DNA of 64,000 nucleotides from Perna viridis (taxonomy: Eukaryota): the NCBI GenBank assembly GCA_037379345.1, contig CM074523.1, forward strand, positions 9,351,507 to 9,415,506, written 5' to 3'. A program made the translations under genes and the position numbers. The notes beneath the pieces were generated by a model. It was given only the letters and a program-made list of their open reading frames with translations, was not told the DNA's origin and did no database searches. Below are positions 35,543 through 48,456 of the stretch, in pieces; position 1 is the stretch's first letter; the number at the start of each line of letters is the position of its first letter.

Positions 35543-38074
35543 GTCTTTAATTTTTCCCAATCTTCAACTCTATATGCCCTCAATTGTCATGTTTTCAAAT
35601 CAATTTTAGAAGAATGTACATTTCAGGAGTCAATCAATTATATTTTGCTGACAAGTTTTTTGCTTGTCTGTTTGTAAAATGATAAAAAGCTTAATTTCTA
35701 GTTGAATAATCCATGGAGATGTACTAATAGAAAGGTCTCTGGTTTATGGCTTTATAAGTTGAATCTTCTGATTTAATCAATACCTATCAACACCTGGAAA
35801 TCCTTCACTCAAATGTAAATAAAAGGGAGGTAACTCAATGGTCAATGTAATTAACTGACCTGTACGTGTATATCAAACAGACCAATTACAATTGTAGTTG
35901 GTACATGTAGATTCAAGGGTCCTAAAATCTTTTGATAAGATGTAAAAAAAAGTATTTCATTTTCCAATGTGAGGAGATCCTGTATGATAAAAAAAACCAC
36001 CAGAATCCATAAGTTTTCAAAACTGACCACTCTGAATTTTAAACTTCCAGATTATTTCTAGTGGTTCAAAGAAGCAGGTCTTCCTCAATTAATCCAAGTC
36101 AAATAAAAACAATTTCAAAATCTGAGTGTTATTTCCTTATATTTATGAATCCAGAATCACAAGTACTAGAATTAAATAACACATCACATTCATGGTCACC
36201 AGCTGTTACATTTCATTGCATATAATCCATATACATGTATTCGTCCTCAAAGAAGTTCAAAATTATTGACTCAAGGACTCCTTATATTTTGTACTTTATA
36301 CTGCAGGTACCATCATTTAATTATGGCCCAGGTAATGACAGGTAACATCACTTAATTAACCACCTCCACAGGTAAAAAACGGTCATGTGATGTAATTGAA
36401 GACAAGTGAATCACTGAACTTCAATAAATTGTACATGTCTCTTTTTTCAATGATATCGAAGCAAGAGTTTTGAACTTGAAACAAGGAAGATTTGGACCCT
36501 GTAACCTCACAAGTTTTTGAAAACTACAAGTAGTCCAGACCATTAATAGCTATTCTGAAAATAGTCCCAAGATCTGTAAGTACTCAATCAAGCTTAAAGA
36601 ATCCTTTAACAAATAATGTTCAATATTCCTGAATTATACATCCCAATCATATAAAAACACTAAGCATGTTATATTCCATGTAGTAACTACACAAACTGTC
36701 CTTTTGCTATCTGTACCATCACTTAACAATAAACATGACCAGTTTTTTCTTGATCACAGCCAAAAACTTAGTTCCAAGTGATGCCCCAAATAATATCTTA
36801 CATGTAACAGTAAATAGGATGTCCATTTTCTGACCAGTTGACCTTTAACCTTGTCTCTTAATTATGTCATATTACTTGTAATCCAATTTTGCCTAAGGGG
36901 GGATAACTGACAATGTCAATGGTTGAAGACCACTCATGATCAATTGAAGAAAGTGTTTGTTTATATTAACACAGTGTAAGATCCTATAGAGGTGTTTAAA
37001 TCAATGTGGAGGTGACCATGAAATTGACTAAAAGTGCTTTCCATTTAATTAAGTCAAAATCCTGGTTAATCATCTGACAATAGGAAGCACGTACACTGAT
37101 TCAGCTGTTCCACCAAACTCTTTACTAGCTTTAAATCCAGTACAAGTAATTATGTATTTTTCTATTCTACCTTTTTCAGTTGATGTTTACAAGGTTGAAG
37201 AAGTTTTTTCTGAGTATTCTATGTAGATTTTTTATTTATGATAATAAAGCTTTAAGTTTCCCAAATGCATCCACAAGTATATAGAAGCTAGCACACATCT
37301 AATACATGTTTAGTACATACTCCATATTATTAGACCACTTCAAAATGGATTATTTTTTGCATTATGCCACATACTCAATTCTAAAATCTTCAATATTGCT
37401 GCTCGGACATTAAACCCCAACAATCAATCAATCATCCAAATTCCTAAATTTTCCAGTTGAGAAGGACAAATCCATCAGACAGTTCAGATGTATGAGATAG
37501 TGTTCATAGATCACTGAACATCAATTAAACCTATACAGTATCTTTAAGTACTAAAATATACACTACTCAACATAAACAACAACCATGACAGGACATTCAC
37601 ATTTCCATGTTTGAGCTCCAACTATATTTTTATTGTCCATTTTGAATACTGAGTTTCATCTATATTTCAAGGTACTCATAACAATTAAGGTATACTTAGG
37701 GATGTTTTTGGCCCCCTATTAGTTTTAGAGATAACATGATAAAAGAAATATACAAATCAGCATTTGGTGTTTAACTATTACATCTCTATAGAACAACTTT
37801 ATTGTTCATGTGTAGTGAAGACAAGCCAAAGAAGTCCAAGACAGATCTTGCACAAATTGTTAAATTTCGATATAAAATAGAATTTTTTTTTCAACATAGC
37901 AATGTCTGAACTTAAAATCCCCCTCCCTAGAACATTAAAACATTACAGAGTATATTATTGGTGACATTACAAATCTTTTACCTTGACCAGTATCTATGAT
38001 GTAACAAAAAATGCAGTAAAGGAAATTCTAATTCATGAATAATGCTTTTGGTCAGCAAGTTAACTTTAAATGTA

Positions 38075-38476
38075 CAGTTCCTGAACCGATCCATGCAATG
38101 ATTTGACCGATCGGTGACTGCTTACTGATTGATCGCTTATGGACCGATAACCAATGAGCTGTAATCGATCTAATCACAGTTTAGTTATGTAAAATGAAGG
38201 ATGATCTGTTAAAAATAAAACAAATATAAAATAAAAGTACTAATTGATGTTTAAATCTACTGCATTATGTCAATATGTGTAAAATTGACAAATAAAACAA
38301 CAGACTGTAAAATATAATGACTGCTCTGTGGTCATGTGATGCGATCTGACAAATAAAACAACAGACTGTAAAATATATTGACTGCTCTATGGTCATGTGA
38401 TCAGATCACCGGTTGAATGGATCGGTTTGACGGATCGATGACTGATTGGAAACTGATTGGTGATCAATGACCAATT
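38075..38476 (+). mobile_element. GATC-rich dispersed repeat with an internal ~62-bp tandem duplication
   Basis: Clustered ccgatc/gatcg motifs at both ends, a duplication at about 38286-38402, and a second copy at 6523-6690. Confidence 0.55.
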
Positions 38477-40159
38477 GCCTTTTTGTTGCATGTTACACCT
38501 GTCTAAACCAAACCAAAAAGTCTATAAGGGTTTGGTTTACACAGGTTTCACAGTATTACAAGTTGTCTTGAGTTTTCATAGGATGTCTGGATAGATACCA
38601 TTGTACATCATTCTCAGTAGAAAAATACTCAGACTCAAAATGGGTTCAGATTACACAGATTTTACTGTAAAATAAATGCCTTTTAACTCAATGACCCAAC
38701 TTTTAAAACCCATCTCAAACAAAACCGAGTAATGTTGGGTGGGCTTTTATTTCTGCGATTTTTTTTTAAACCTTAATACAGATTGACTTTGTGTCATCAA
38801 ACAAGACAACAACAAAATTTCAATACCACTGGGTGTCTTTTTAATCCCTACTGACCTACTTTTATTAATCCTCATAGGGTTTTGGTTATTGGACTATACA
38901 AGATACAGGCAAAAAAGGGCATGAAAATCATTGATACATTGTATAAGGGCTTATTTCACCATCTTTACTAACCATTTTAGATCTTGAAATTCGGTTGGAA
39001 ATTATTTAAATCTGATGCTTAAATATACAGATTTTCTTTGTGCTGTTAATTTAACAAGTTTTCTCCAGCACCTGAGATGACAAAATTTCTAATTGTATTC
39101 TCCAGCACCTGAGATGGTAAAATTTTTAATTGCAACTTGTAAGATGTAAGCATATTAAAAATTTACACAAAATGTATCTGATTCATGTAAAAAATCCTAA
39201 AAAACAGACATACTGACAGACATGCGGATGTAACAACATGTCAGAACTCAAAACTGATACAAGCAATTACAATATATAAAAAAAAAATGGTTAAATTCAT
39301 TCTCGTTTTAACAAAATCTTTCTGACTTACATTAAGACGGAGTTTATCAAAATGACACAGCATTTTTCATTATCAAAAGCTCAAGTTTCAAATCCTGTCA
39401 TCAAAAATAAAATTCCTGATAAAATGCATAAATGAGCATATATATATACATATATATATTCAGAAAAATACAAATTCAAGTTTTATTATATTTTTGTTCT
39501 GATATTCATTGAGTTGGGGACCATAAAAAAGAACTTGTAATTTTTAAATAAATTTCACCTTTTCTGAATTGTATATAAATGTCTATCCTTTATCATCACT
39601 TATAAGTAAACATTCCTTTGATCCTGATTTCAGCCTCATTCCAAACCCATTTAAATATGCAAATTTATGTAAAACAGGTTGTGTAATCACTCAACCACAA
39701 CAGTTTTAAAGTGTTTATAAGTTAATGCCACAAGGGGAGTCTATTTATTACTTGAAACTGAGCCATTTTTACAATGCATGATGTAGCAATAATAAAAAAT
39801 GTCAAAATATTCCAAGGAAGTAGTTTAGCTCTGCATATTTTCATAATTCCGTGGTCCATAAAATAACAAAAATAACAAAATGGCATACAACAACATACCA
39901 AAGTGTTTTGTAATTACATTTAGTTCCCTGGAAACAAATTATAAATTGATCCAGTACTCAGGGTCTTGCAAGTGTCAATACTTTTCATTCCCAAAAGTTT
40001 ACCAAATTTTATGATTTGGAATGATTACAGTGGGGTTGGTGCTATACATGCTTTAAGTTCCTTATATGATGTTTTTAGTTTGTTGTCTTCTTAATGTCCC
40101 AAGTGATTCTCCCCTCAATTGTATTGGTAAACAGTATTGGTAGCTTCTTAAGAAAAGTA

Positions 40160-40441
40160 GGACTAACAAAGTATTATTTGAATTTGGAATTATTTTGGAA
40201 TTAAGAAAATGAGTACAAAAATAGGTAAAACTAACCCCAACTTAGGGGTTTTAAAGTCATGCAGTCACGACTAAGGGTGTAGGTAAGTTTTCCTCGCCTA
40301 CTTTATCCAACTAACCTTACCCCTTGGTCATGCTGGCATGACTAACCCACTTAGTAAGCGATAGTTTTACAAATTATTTGTTCCCTTGTTTTCTTAATTC
40401 CAAAATAATTCCAAATTCAAATAATATCTTGTTTGTAGTCC
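40160..40441. mobile_element. Foldback MITE (almost entirely palindromic)
   Basis: Outer arms ggacta...tattatttgaatttggaattattttggaattaagaaaa / ttttcttaattccaaaataattccaaattcaaataata...tagtcc. Inner arms agtcatgc...aaggg / ccctt...gcatgact. Confidence 0.8.
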
Positions 40442-40977
40442 TTTGTACATTTATCAGCCATATTTTCAATATCCTTTCCTCTTTTATTACCATCAGGTTA
40501 AATGCATCTACCGGGCTTGCAAAACAATACCTGACATTGCCTTTTTATGGAAGTCTAACTGAACCTGCGGAAGGAAGAGGGGGGATTCTGTATGGTACTG
40601 ACAGATTTCCTGGAGAGTTGTATACCAAAATAAATTTTTTTTTATATTTCTATCATACCCTAACCCTTAAAAATCATGTTCTACAGACAGTTTAAGTTCT
40701 AAATTGTATTGAATGTATTCCTAAAAATATCAGAAGTAATTGTCAAATGTCATTTACCACTGTACATTCAGCTAGCTACAGTAGTACATGTTTGCATTAA
40801 AAATTAAAGGGCAGACAACTATCCACTTATTAGTTACAACACTTAACACCTAAAGGTGCCATGCATCCCTGCTATCATACCCTGCAATTATTGTTGTCCC
40901 TCTACTTTCTACACCACCCACCCACCCACCTCCCCCTCCCCCCCAAAAAAAAACAAAAAAAAACAAAGTGCACCTAC

Positions 40978-41035
40978 CTTTTTCATACTTCAACTTCAAT
41001 GATTTAACAAACAGTTGAGACTTCGACGGTTCCAT
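40978..41035 (-). CDS. SVIL: Candidate alternative first coding exon B: MEPSKSQLFVKSLKLKYEK(G)
   Basis: ATG at 41035, 58 nt, donor AAG|gtaggt, phase 1; locally CpG-richer. Confidence 0.55.
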
Positions 41036-44000
41036 ACACGAAGTTTTAACTGAAATTTCCCTTGCAAAATCAACAAATAAGATCAAAAACACACTTCTAC
41101 TACAGGGATAGAAAAATCCTACATGAATATTTCTTTTTAAATCCCATTATAAAAAACTATACAAAAAAAGCATAATCCAGGCATCAAGTTTTGGAAAATT
41201 ATCCTAGGAAATCAGACACAACTGAGAAATTACGGAAAACCCTTCGGTTTTCTTTCCATTGTGACGATCAACAACCTGTCGTTAATACATGCTGTGCACA
41301 GATGCTCGTAACTTGTAAAATATCTTCCTATAAGAATTGATCCCTGTCACAGAAAATGACATTTGACAATCTTTATTGAATAAATTTACAATGCAATATC
41401 GTAATGTAGTAAAATTAGCTTTAAAAACATCTTCAATGATCATCTGCACTTGGAAAGAGAAGTTTTCGTATTGGTGACTCACTTTCAACCGGAGAAAACA
41501 CATGTTTAAAATGAGTTTGCCACAAAAGGAAAATCTTTTATTGATTAAGGGTCTGATAAGTTGTATTTTTAGAATCTTGATGTTTCAACGTTCTAATGGC
41601 CCTGACATTAAATTTGAAATTTGAAATTATTTTTTATTGAACATCAAAATTATGCATTTAATCTTCCAGAGAGGTAACAAGGAGTTACTACTGCCTTTAT
41701 TGCAATTTCCTTTAAAGCAACAATTTCACATGGTTTTGTTGAATTTAATTTTACAGGTCACATGGTTTTGTTGAATTTTTTACAAACCTTGATAGTTTCT
41801 GAAAGAAGTGGGTTCAAAACCAGATTGACATTTTTTTAAACCCTGGTAAAAAAGATTCTTTAAAAGTTGTTAAGTATCTCACATAATGTATTCTATCATA
41901 TATGAAACCATAACTTATAATGTGAAGATTATTGGAAATTTACAGTAATTGACTCTATTCATAGGGCAAAAAATGGACTTTTGCCATTTTTCTACACATA
42001 ATTACCAAATTTCATCTACAAAGAAAAAATCCTAATTATTTTTTGTCTATTGTCTGTGTCTTGAAAATTTACTGAAAGCAATAGAAATTGTTTTTGAGAA
42101 AGTTGCTTTGACAGACAGACAGACAGACAGACATAATGTGCCTCTGAAAGACAAAAAACATTGATGACACAGCTATAGTTATTCATAAAAAATGTACTTC
42201 TGAATTTTGTGCTCCAGTGTTTAACTAAAAAAAAAAAATCAGTGCTGGGAGTAAAAACTTTTTGTGAGAAAGAGGATCATGCGACTTTCATTTTCAGATG
42301 ATGGAAAGTTAATTTGTCCACACAACCATACCTTCACAAGTGATGAGTTTAGCTTTGGTAATCATGACTATCTGAAGAAAGAAAAGTGCAATATTGTAGT
42401 TCTTAAAGTTTAACAGGAGTGCATATAGAAACACTGATTATTGATGAAACAACTGGATCCCATAACAGATGTGAATTTTCATAAAAAAAAAATTCACTTC
42501 ATCGATTTTTTAATCATTGATAAAATAACCAATGAGGATTGTAAATATCTGCAAAAAGTTTTTTTTTTTAAATGTGTCCCCAAAAAAAATGAGATTACAG
42601 ATCTGAAACACTTTAACAACAGTTTACTATTTTGACATACAATAACTTAAATCCTTCCACCCAATAATCTAAAATATCATCACGAGAGGTCATTTTTTCA
42701 TCAATTAAGCTGCCAAAACAAAGTTTCAGGCCCCAGTGCCACAAAACAGAAAAATACTAAAGTCTGAGAAAATTCTTAACTCCAATCCAAATCTTTGAAA
42801 TTAATGACATCACAAACAGATCAGGGCTTTTTCAGACTTCAGTAATGTTTTTTAATTTTTTGTTCTTGGGCCTGGATTTAGAGTCTGCACAATTAAAAAA
42901 AAAATTTATCACTACATTTTGTGTTTCCTTGTTGGTTTACAAAATGTCTGTTGAATAGAAAGATGGTAATTATAAGCATTTTCACCCAATATGAAAATTT
43001 ATCTTATGGTATAATACTTCAGTAATTAAAGAATCTTAGTGAGACTACTCAAAATACTCCATGCGCCCACATTTGGGATCCTCAAGACAGTCAAGTCTTC
43101 ATACCCCCAAAAGTGATTCCTTTGACTAATTTCTGTTATAATCAAACCTATTCAAGCTTTGTTTAACTACTAACCATTCACCAAAGTTTCAAGGAGATCC
43201 ATCAAGAAATTGAGGGTCTATCCCAGTACTCAAGACTATAAAGAAACATTTTTTAACTACTGAAGTTTCCATTCCAAAAAAGTGGTTTCTCCTAGACCAA
43301 ATTATGTGAATATCAACCCCATCCAAGTTCTATAGCTACTAACAATATACCAAAGTTTGAGGAAATCTGTATAAAATAAAAAGCACTATTCAAGTATCCA
43401 AGCCTAAATCAATTGTTTTTAACTTAGTCAGTAATTAAGTCCCCTTCCCCTCAAAAAGTTGTGTTTTATTTAATTTCAGATCCACAAATCTGTACTTTAA
43501 TAGACAAGGAACCCACATAAGATGACTGAAAACCACCCAGTTACACATTATTATGACGTTATTAAGAGATCAGACATATTTCTCTTTTCATTACAATTAT
43601 TTCTTTTAACCATGCCCAAATAATCAAAATAAATATTTGTTCATGATAAGGTAAAGTGTTGATTTAAGATATTATGAAGTGGTCACTGTGTTTACATAGC
43701 CCATTACAATGACACCCTTCAATATTGAATGAACCCTTTACATTAGTATTAGCCTAGTACTGGTCATGCCTGGTACTATTGTACATTGTGTATTGTAAAA
43801 CATTATGCAAATTGGAAAAGGTCAGACAAAGGTCGGTCATAATGTTAAAACCATAAAATGTTTAAATATACATAAGTAATGTCTACAAGCGTGATGAACC
43901 CATTGTCTTGAATCAAAACATGAAATTTTCAACTTTGATTGTACCGATATTGCGTATTTTGTAGTGTACTGACATAACAATAAATTTGTGAGAAATTGCC

Positions 44001-44738
44001 TAGTGTTATATACCCCGAACCCCTACTTTAGTGTATACCCTGTGGTAAAAAATATAAACTTAATTGTAAAAAAGAAAGTTGTTGTCACTGAAGCCCAAAA
44101 TCAAGTTCCATCACTATATTAAGCTTCTGTAAAACACCATGCTTAATAATTAAGACTTGCAAGCAAACAAGAAATGTGACATACAGAGAGAAGGACAAGG
44201 ATACATCCTTCAAAGCTTGAGTATAAATATGAGATTTAGATTGATTTCTTCATACATTTAAGTTAAAAATTAATTTAAGATGAAAGCCCCCTATTTTCTT
44301 TCAAATAACCTTTACATTCAAGTACATGGGGATCAAATGGCATTCTGAATGAACATATATGTATTAAAACTAAATAGAAAAAAATAGTAAATTCATAAGA
44401 AACTCTTGTTTGTTGTTCTGTCCGCATGTTTCCTAAGCTTCAATTTGACTACCACATTACCATATACAGCTGAGTCAGTCTTGATTTAAACAATCTCTGG
44501 CACAGAAAAAAATATACAGTTGGATGCGTTGCACTGTAAGGTATACCCCCGCTTGTACAAGAAGTTGACATCTTTCTTATCATGTAAGCACAATCTATAT
44601 AAAGCCACATACCCAACGGAAATCGATAAATCAATCCATCCATAGGTAATGATTGGACAGACAGAATGAAGGACTGACAGGCAAGCTGATTAGTATACTA
44701 ATCTTGTTGACTATTTGTTGGGTGAAAACAACTTTAAT

Positions 44739-44948
44739 ACAAAGGTGTCAGTCCTTCAAGTACATACACCCCTACAAAGATGTCAGTCCTTCCAGTACAT
44801 AGACCCAAACAAAGATGTCAGTCCTTCAAGTACATACACCCATACAAATATGTCAGTCCTTCCAGTACATAGACCCAAACAAAGATGTCAGTCCTTCAAG
44901 TACATACACCCATACAAAGATGTCAGTCCTTCCAGTACACAGACCCAG
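44739..44948. repeat. 35-bp minisatellite x6 with alternating A/B units (70-bp dimer x3)
   Basis: acaaagatgtcagtccttcaagtacatacacccat alternates with acaaagatgtcagtccttccagtacatagacccaa. Confidence 0.9.
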
Positions 44949-45645
44949 ACAACAAAGTACATCAATATCAAAAGTTTAAAGCATCATTACAATAAAATGA
45001 ATTATTACCTTTTATTTGGTTTCAATAAAAAGACTAAGACTGACTTCAAACAAATGTGGTCAAATTTTATAGGAGTTGTTGTGGAAGTTCAAATTGGTAT
45101 AATGTTTTAACTATCCCAGACAGTCTCTGTTATTATTTAATAAAAACCTGATACCTTTATGTTCACAAATTTAAAACATGTCATTTTCTGGCCTGTCAGA
45201 GATTTTTTGTTGTTGTTTTTTTATGAATTTTAGTTTTTTACACCATTATTTCAATTTCTAGCAAGCCATACCATAGTTTTGTATCGCCTCTTCAATTTTA
45301 AAACAACATATATATTTTGCATTTGAAGTCAAGGTAGTATAGGAAAAAAAAGATTAATTTAGACCAATACCACTGTAATAGATCCTTTAATGAGCGAGAT
45401 GCTATATCGTTAGCTAATTCCACAATCAAGAAAAAAAACAACATGAAAATAAGTTGCCTCATACCAGCCCCTTCAGTATGGACCACAAGGCTGAGCAACT
45501 GTTCATCACAAAAATCTTGAAAATACTTAATACAAGTTAAAAAAGTGTTTTTTACGTAATTCAATCAAAATTTAAAAACGCTAAAAAATCAGGTATCCAA
45601 GAAAATGAATTAGTTTACAGCAATTGAGCATAATCAGTGGATGAG

Positions 45646-45825
45646 CAGGGCCAGATCCATTCACTTAGAAAAGCAGGGATGCCTGCCAAGGTTCCTCAGA
45701 AAAAAAAGGGGGGTTGCTAGGACATTCTTAGCCATATTTTGTCAATTTTTCATATGAAAATGACAAATTTTACTATAAAAAGGAGGGGTGCAAACCCCCT
45801 GCACCCTCCTCTGGATCCACCACTG
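45646..45825. mobile_element. MITE of the CAGGG..GATCC / GGATCC..CTG type with 5-bp TSD ATGAG
   Basis: ATGAG|CAGGGCCAGATCCA...TGGATCCACCACTG|ATGAG. Degenerate relatives at about 1717-1840 and 15469-15591. Confidence 0.7.
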
Positions 45826-48419
45826 ATGAGGTATTCATAGACTGACACTAAGGTCTTATTTTCTCTTTATGAATATCAACATCATCTTCAAAATTGTAAT
45901 CATGGAATGCCAATATGAAAATGAAGCATATCTTGATGTGATCAAGTCTGAAAACCCAGAATTATGAGAAGATAAATGGTGATTTTCCAAATGTGGTACT
46001 TGTAAACCTATATTCATTCATGAATACTCTTAATGCATTCAATTTCACTTGATTCACAGTGAATGTATTAATACTGCATGAGACATTACATATTAACTCC
46101 TGTTTGTTACATTATAAATGTAGATCATCCCTGTTTCCTGTTTCAATTTTACTCCATAAACTTTCTGATATTTTATCTTTCTATTTTTAGCACACCTGTA
46201 TTTTTAGCTGATGTTTATAAGGGTTAATGTATGCAAATTAGCACTATTTGATTATCTGCAGATGTCAACAAACCAATGTCTCTAACCACAATCATACATA
46301 ATGACCACACCTTCAAAAAGGTAAACGCAGGTAAAACCTGCAGGTAAATCTGCACTAATTGACCAGAACCAGGTGTATAGCCTTTGATGTTTAGCATGAC
46401 AAATGCATATAAATAAACAGAGATAATCCTTGCTATTGTCAGCAATGAAAACACACCTAACATTACAAATATGCATGGTTTAAAATGCAGAGTTAATAAT
46501 TTGGAGGAGGGGGTATACTGAGATGCTAAGTTCAGAGCATACACCATCATGAAAGGAAATACATTGGTACAGTTCTGTCACAAATACTGGTATCTCAACC
46601 TTTCATCTTGTGACTTGTGTTGTTTTATACTGTACAGCCTTCTGATTTTTAATAGGTACAATCTTATGTTAGTTGTACTAACACTCTAACATAAATGGGG
46701 GGTGGGGGGGGTGACTCACACAAACCATTGCAAAATTTAGAATCTCCCAAATAAAAAATGTAAGTTCTGTGAGAGGTTTTTGGCCAAAATGACTATATTA
46801 CAGTGGAAAATACTAAAAAAAAAAAAATTTTTTACATATAAAATTTGCTTTTGTGCAAAAATCTCCAACATGAGACAGTGTCAATGGAGGAGAATCTCCC
46901 ACATCAACTGTTACAAAGGTAAACAGGTATGCTATGGGGTTATAAAGATGGGTTTTCCATACTGTCCCTGTGTTATGTCCTACATTTGTAGTGGGTCGAG
47001 GATAGCTGTATTAGGCCGAGGCAATGTTCAGGCCTAATACATCTAATTGTAACCCAATAAGGCATATCTGAGGCATTTTTGCCCGTATAGATGTACATGT
47101 ATGGGGTATAAATATTGGTACAAAATGTACTTGAAATACCCTAATATTCAATATAAATATCCAATTTCCAAACATTATATCTGGAAAAAATCTCTTGTGA
47201 TAATCCACAGTAATAAACACCTGATAAATTTCAATTTAAACCCAATTTATTGTCCATTTTCAAATGGATGGGATAAAATTTTATCACTTAGTTCAAAGAT
47301 TAAACTTGGAATAGTGAATATACCATAAGTCATAGTGCTCAAAGTTTGAAATTTGAATTAAAAAATTTATCAAGGAGCTGTGACAGTGACCTCTGTAAGA
47401 GAGGATATCTACCTACTCAGAGAATAACGCTGATAGTCAAAGTAAATAAGGCAATCATCCATGCATTTTAAAAGATGTATCAATGCATTTTAAAAAGGTG
47501 TAGATCCAAGCATTTAAAAAATGTATCCATGCATTATAAAAGATGTCAAGTTTTCAAGGAACACAGCCCTTATACACAGAAGAATGGTTAAAGATTATCT
47601 AATCTTACATCAAAGATTAACTGACAATTTTGACAATTCATCACAGGAACATTCAGTTTTGTACATTTCTTATTATCTAGGTTTCTGAATAATTCCTGAA
47701 TGAACTCTCACAATATCAAGTACTATCCTTAATAAAAGATTTTGTAATTTTTCTTAGTTTCTACATTCAAGAAAACAACACATAGCATGCAACGTCAAAT
47801 TTTCGATTGTTTTTTTGAACGCAATTTCAAATTTTCGATAGTTTTTTTGAATGCCTCTAAGCCAGCAGTATTTGGCTAATCGGGAAACATAATTGTGATC
47901 AGGTGATCTGCTTTTCCATAAAAGAGCGTCCTTAAGTTTAAAGGGTAAAAAAGCACAACTATACCAACTGTGTCGGAAAAAAATCCTAGCTTGTGCCATG
48001 AAAACGTATTTGTCTTATGAAAGGAATGGGTCCAGCCTAAGAAGACAGCCTTACTTAGTAAATTATAACAAAATAATTCATTGGAAAATACATTAAACTT
48101 AGTTCATATGAATATCTCACAAACGTATGTAGATTTTTCATTTTGATGCGACAATGACACAGAGACTACTTCAATTTGATCTGTAACTGAAAAGGCGTAC
48201 TATACATTTTATAATAGAAAAAGATTATGCCTTAGTCAAGCTAGATTTGCATATCCAGCAAAATCTACTCAAACTATGCAGAAATACTGGATCTATCTTT
48301 TCAACACTTAGATTCACTAGACATCAGGATCTGTACAGATTCAACACCCCCCTTTTCATTTCTAGATCTGTTTCATAAGGATACGTGGAAAGTAAAAAGT
48401 TTTTCTTATATATACTCAC

Positions 48420-48456
48420 CACTTAATTGTCTGTAGCGTTGCGTCAATGAATTCAT
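48420..48456 (-). CDS. SVIL: Candidate alternative first coding exon A: MNSLTQRYRQLS(G)
   Basis: ATG at 48456, 37 nt, donor GTG|gtgagt, phase 1 matching exon 23214; CpG-richer upstream region. Confidence 0.6.
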
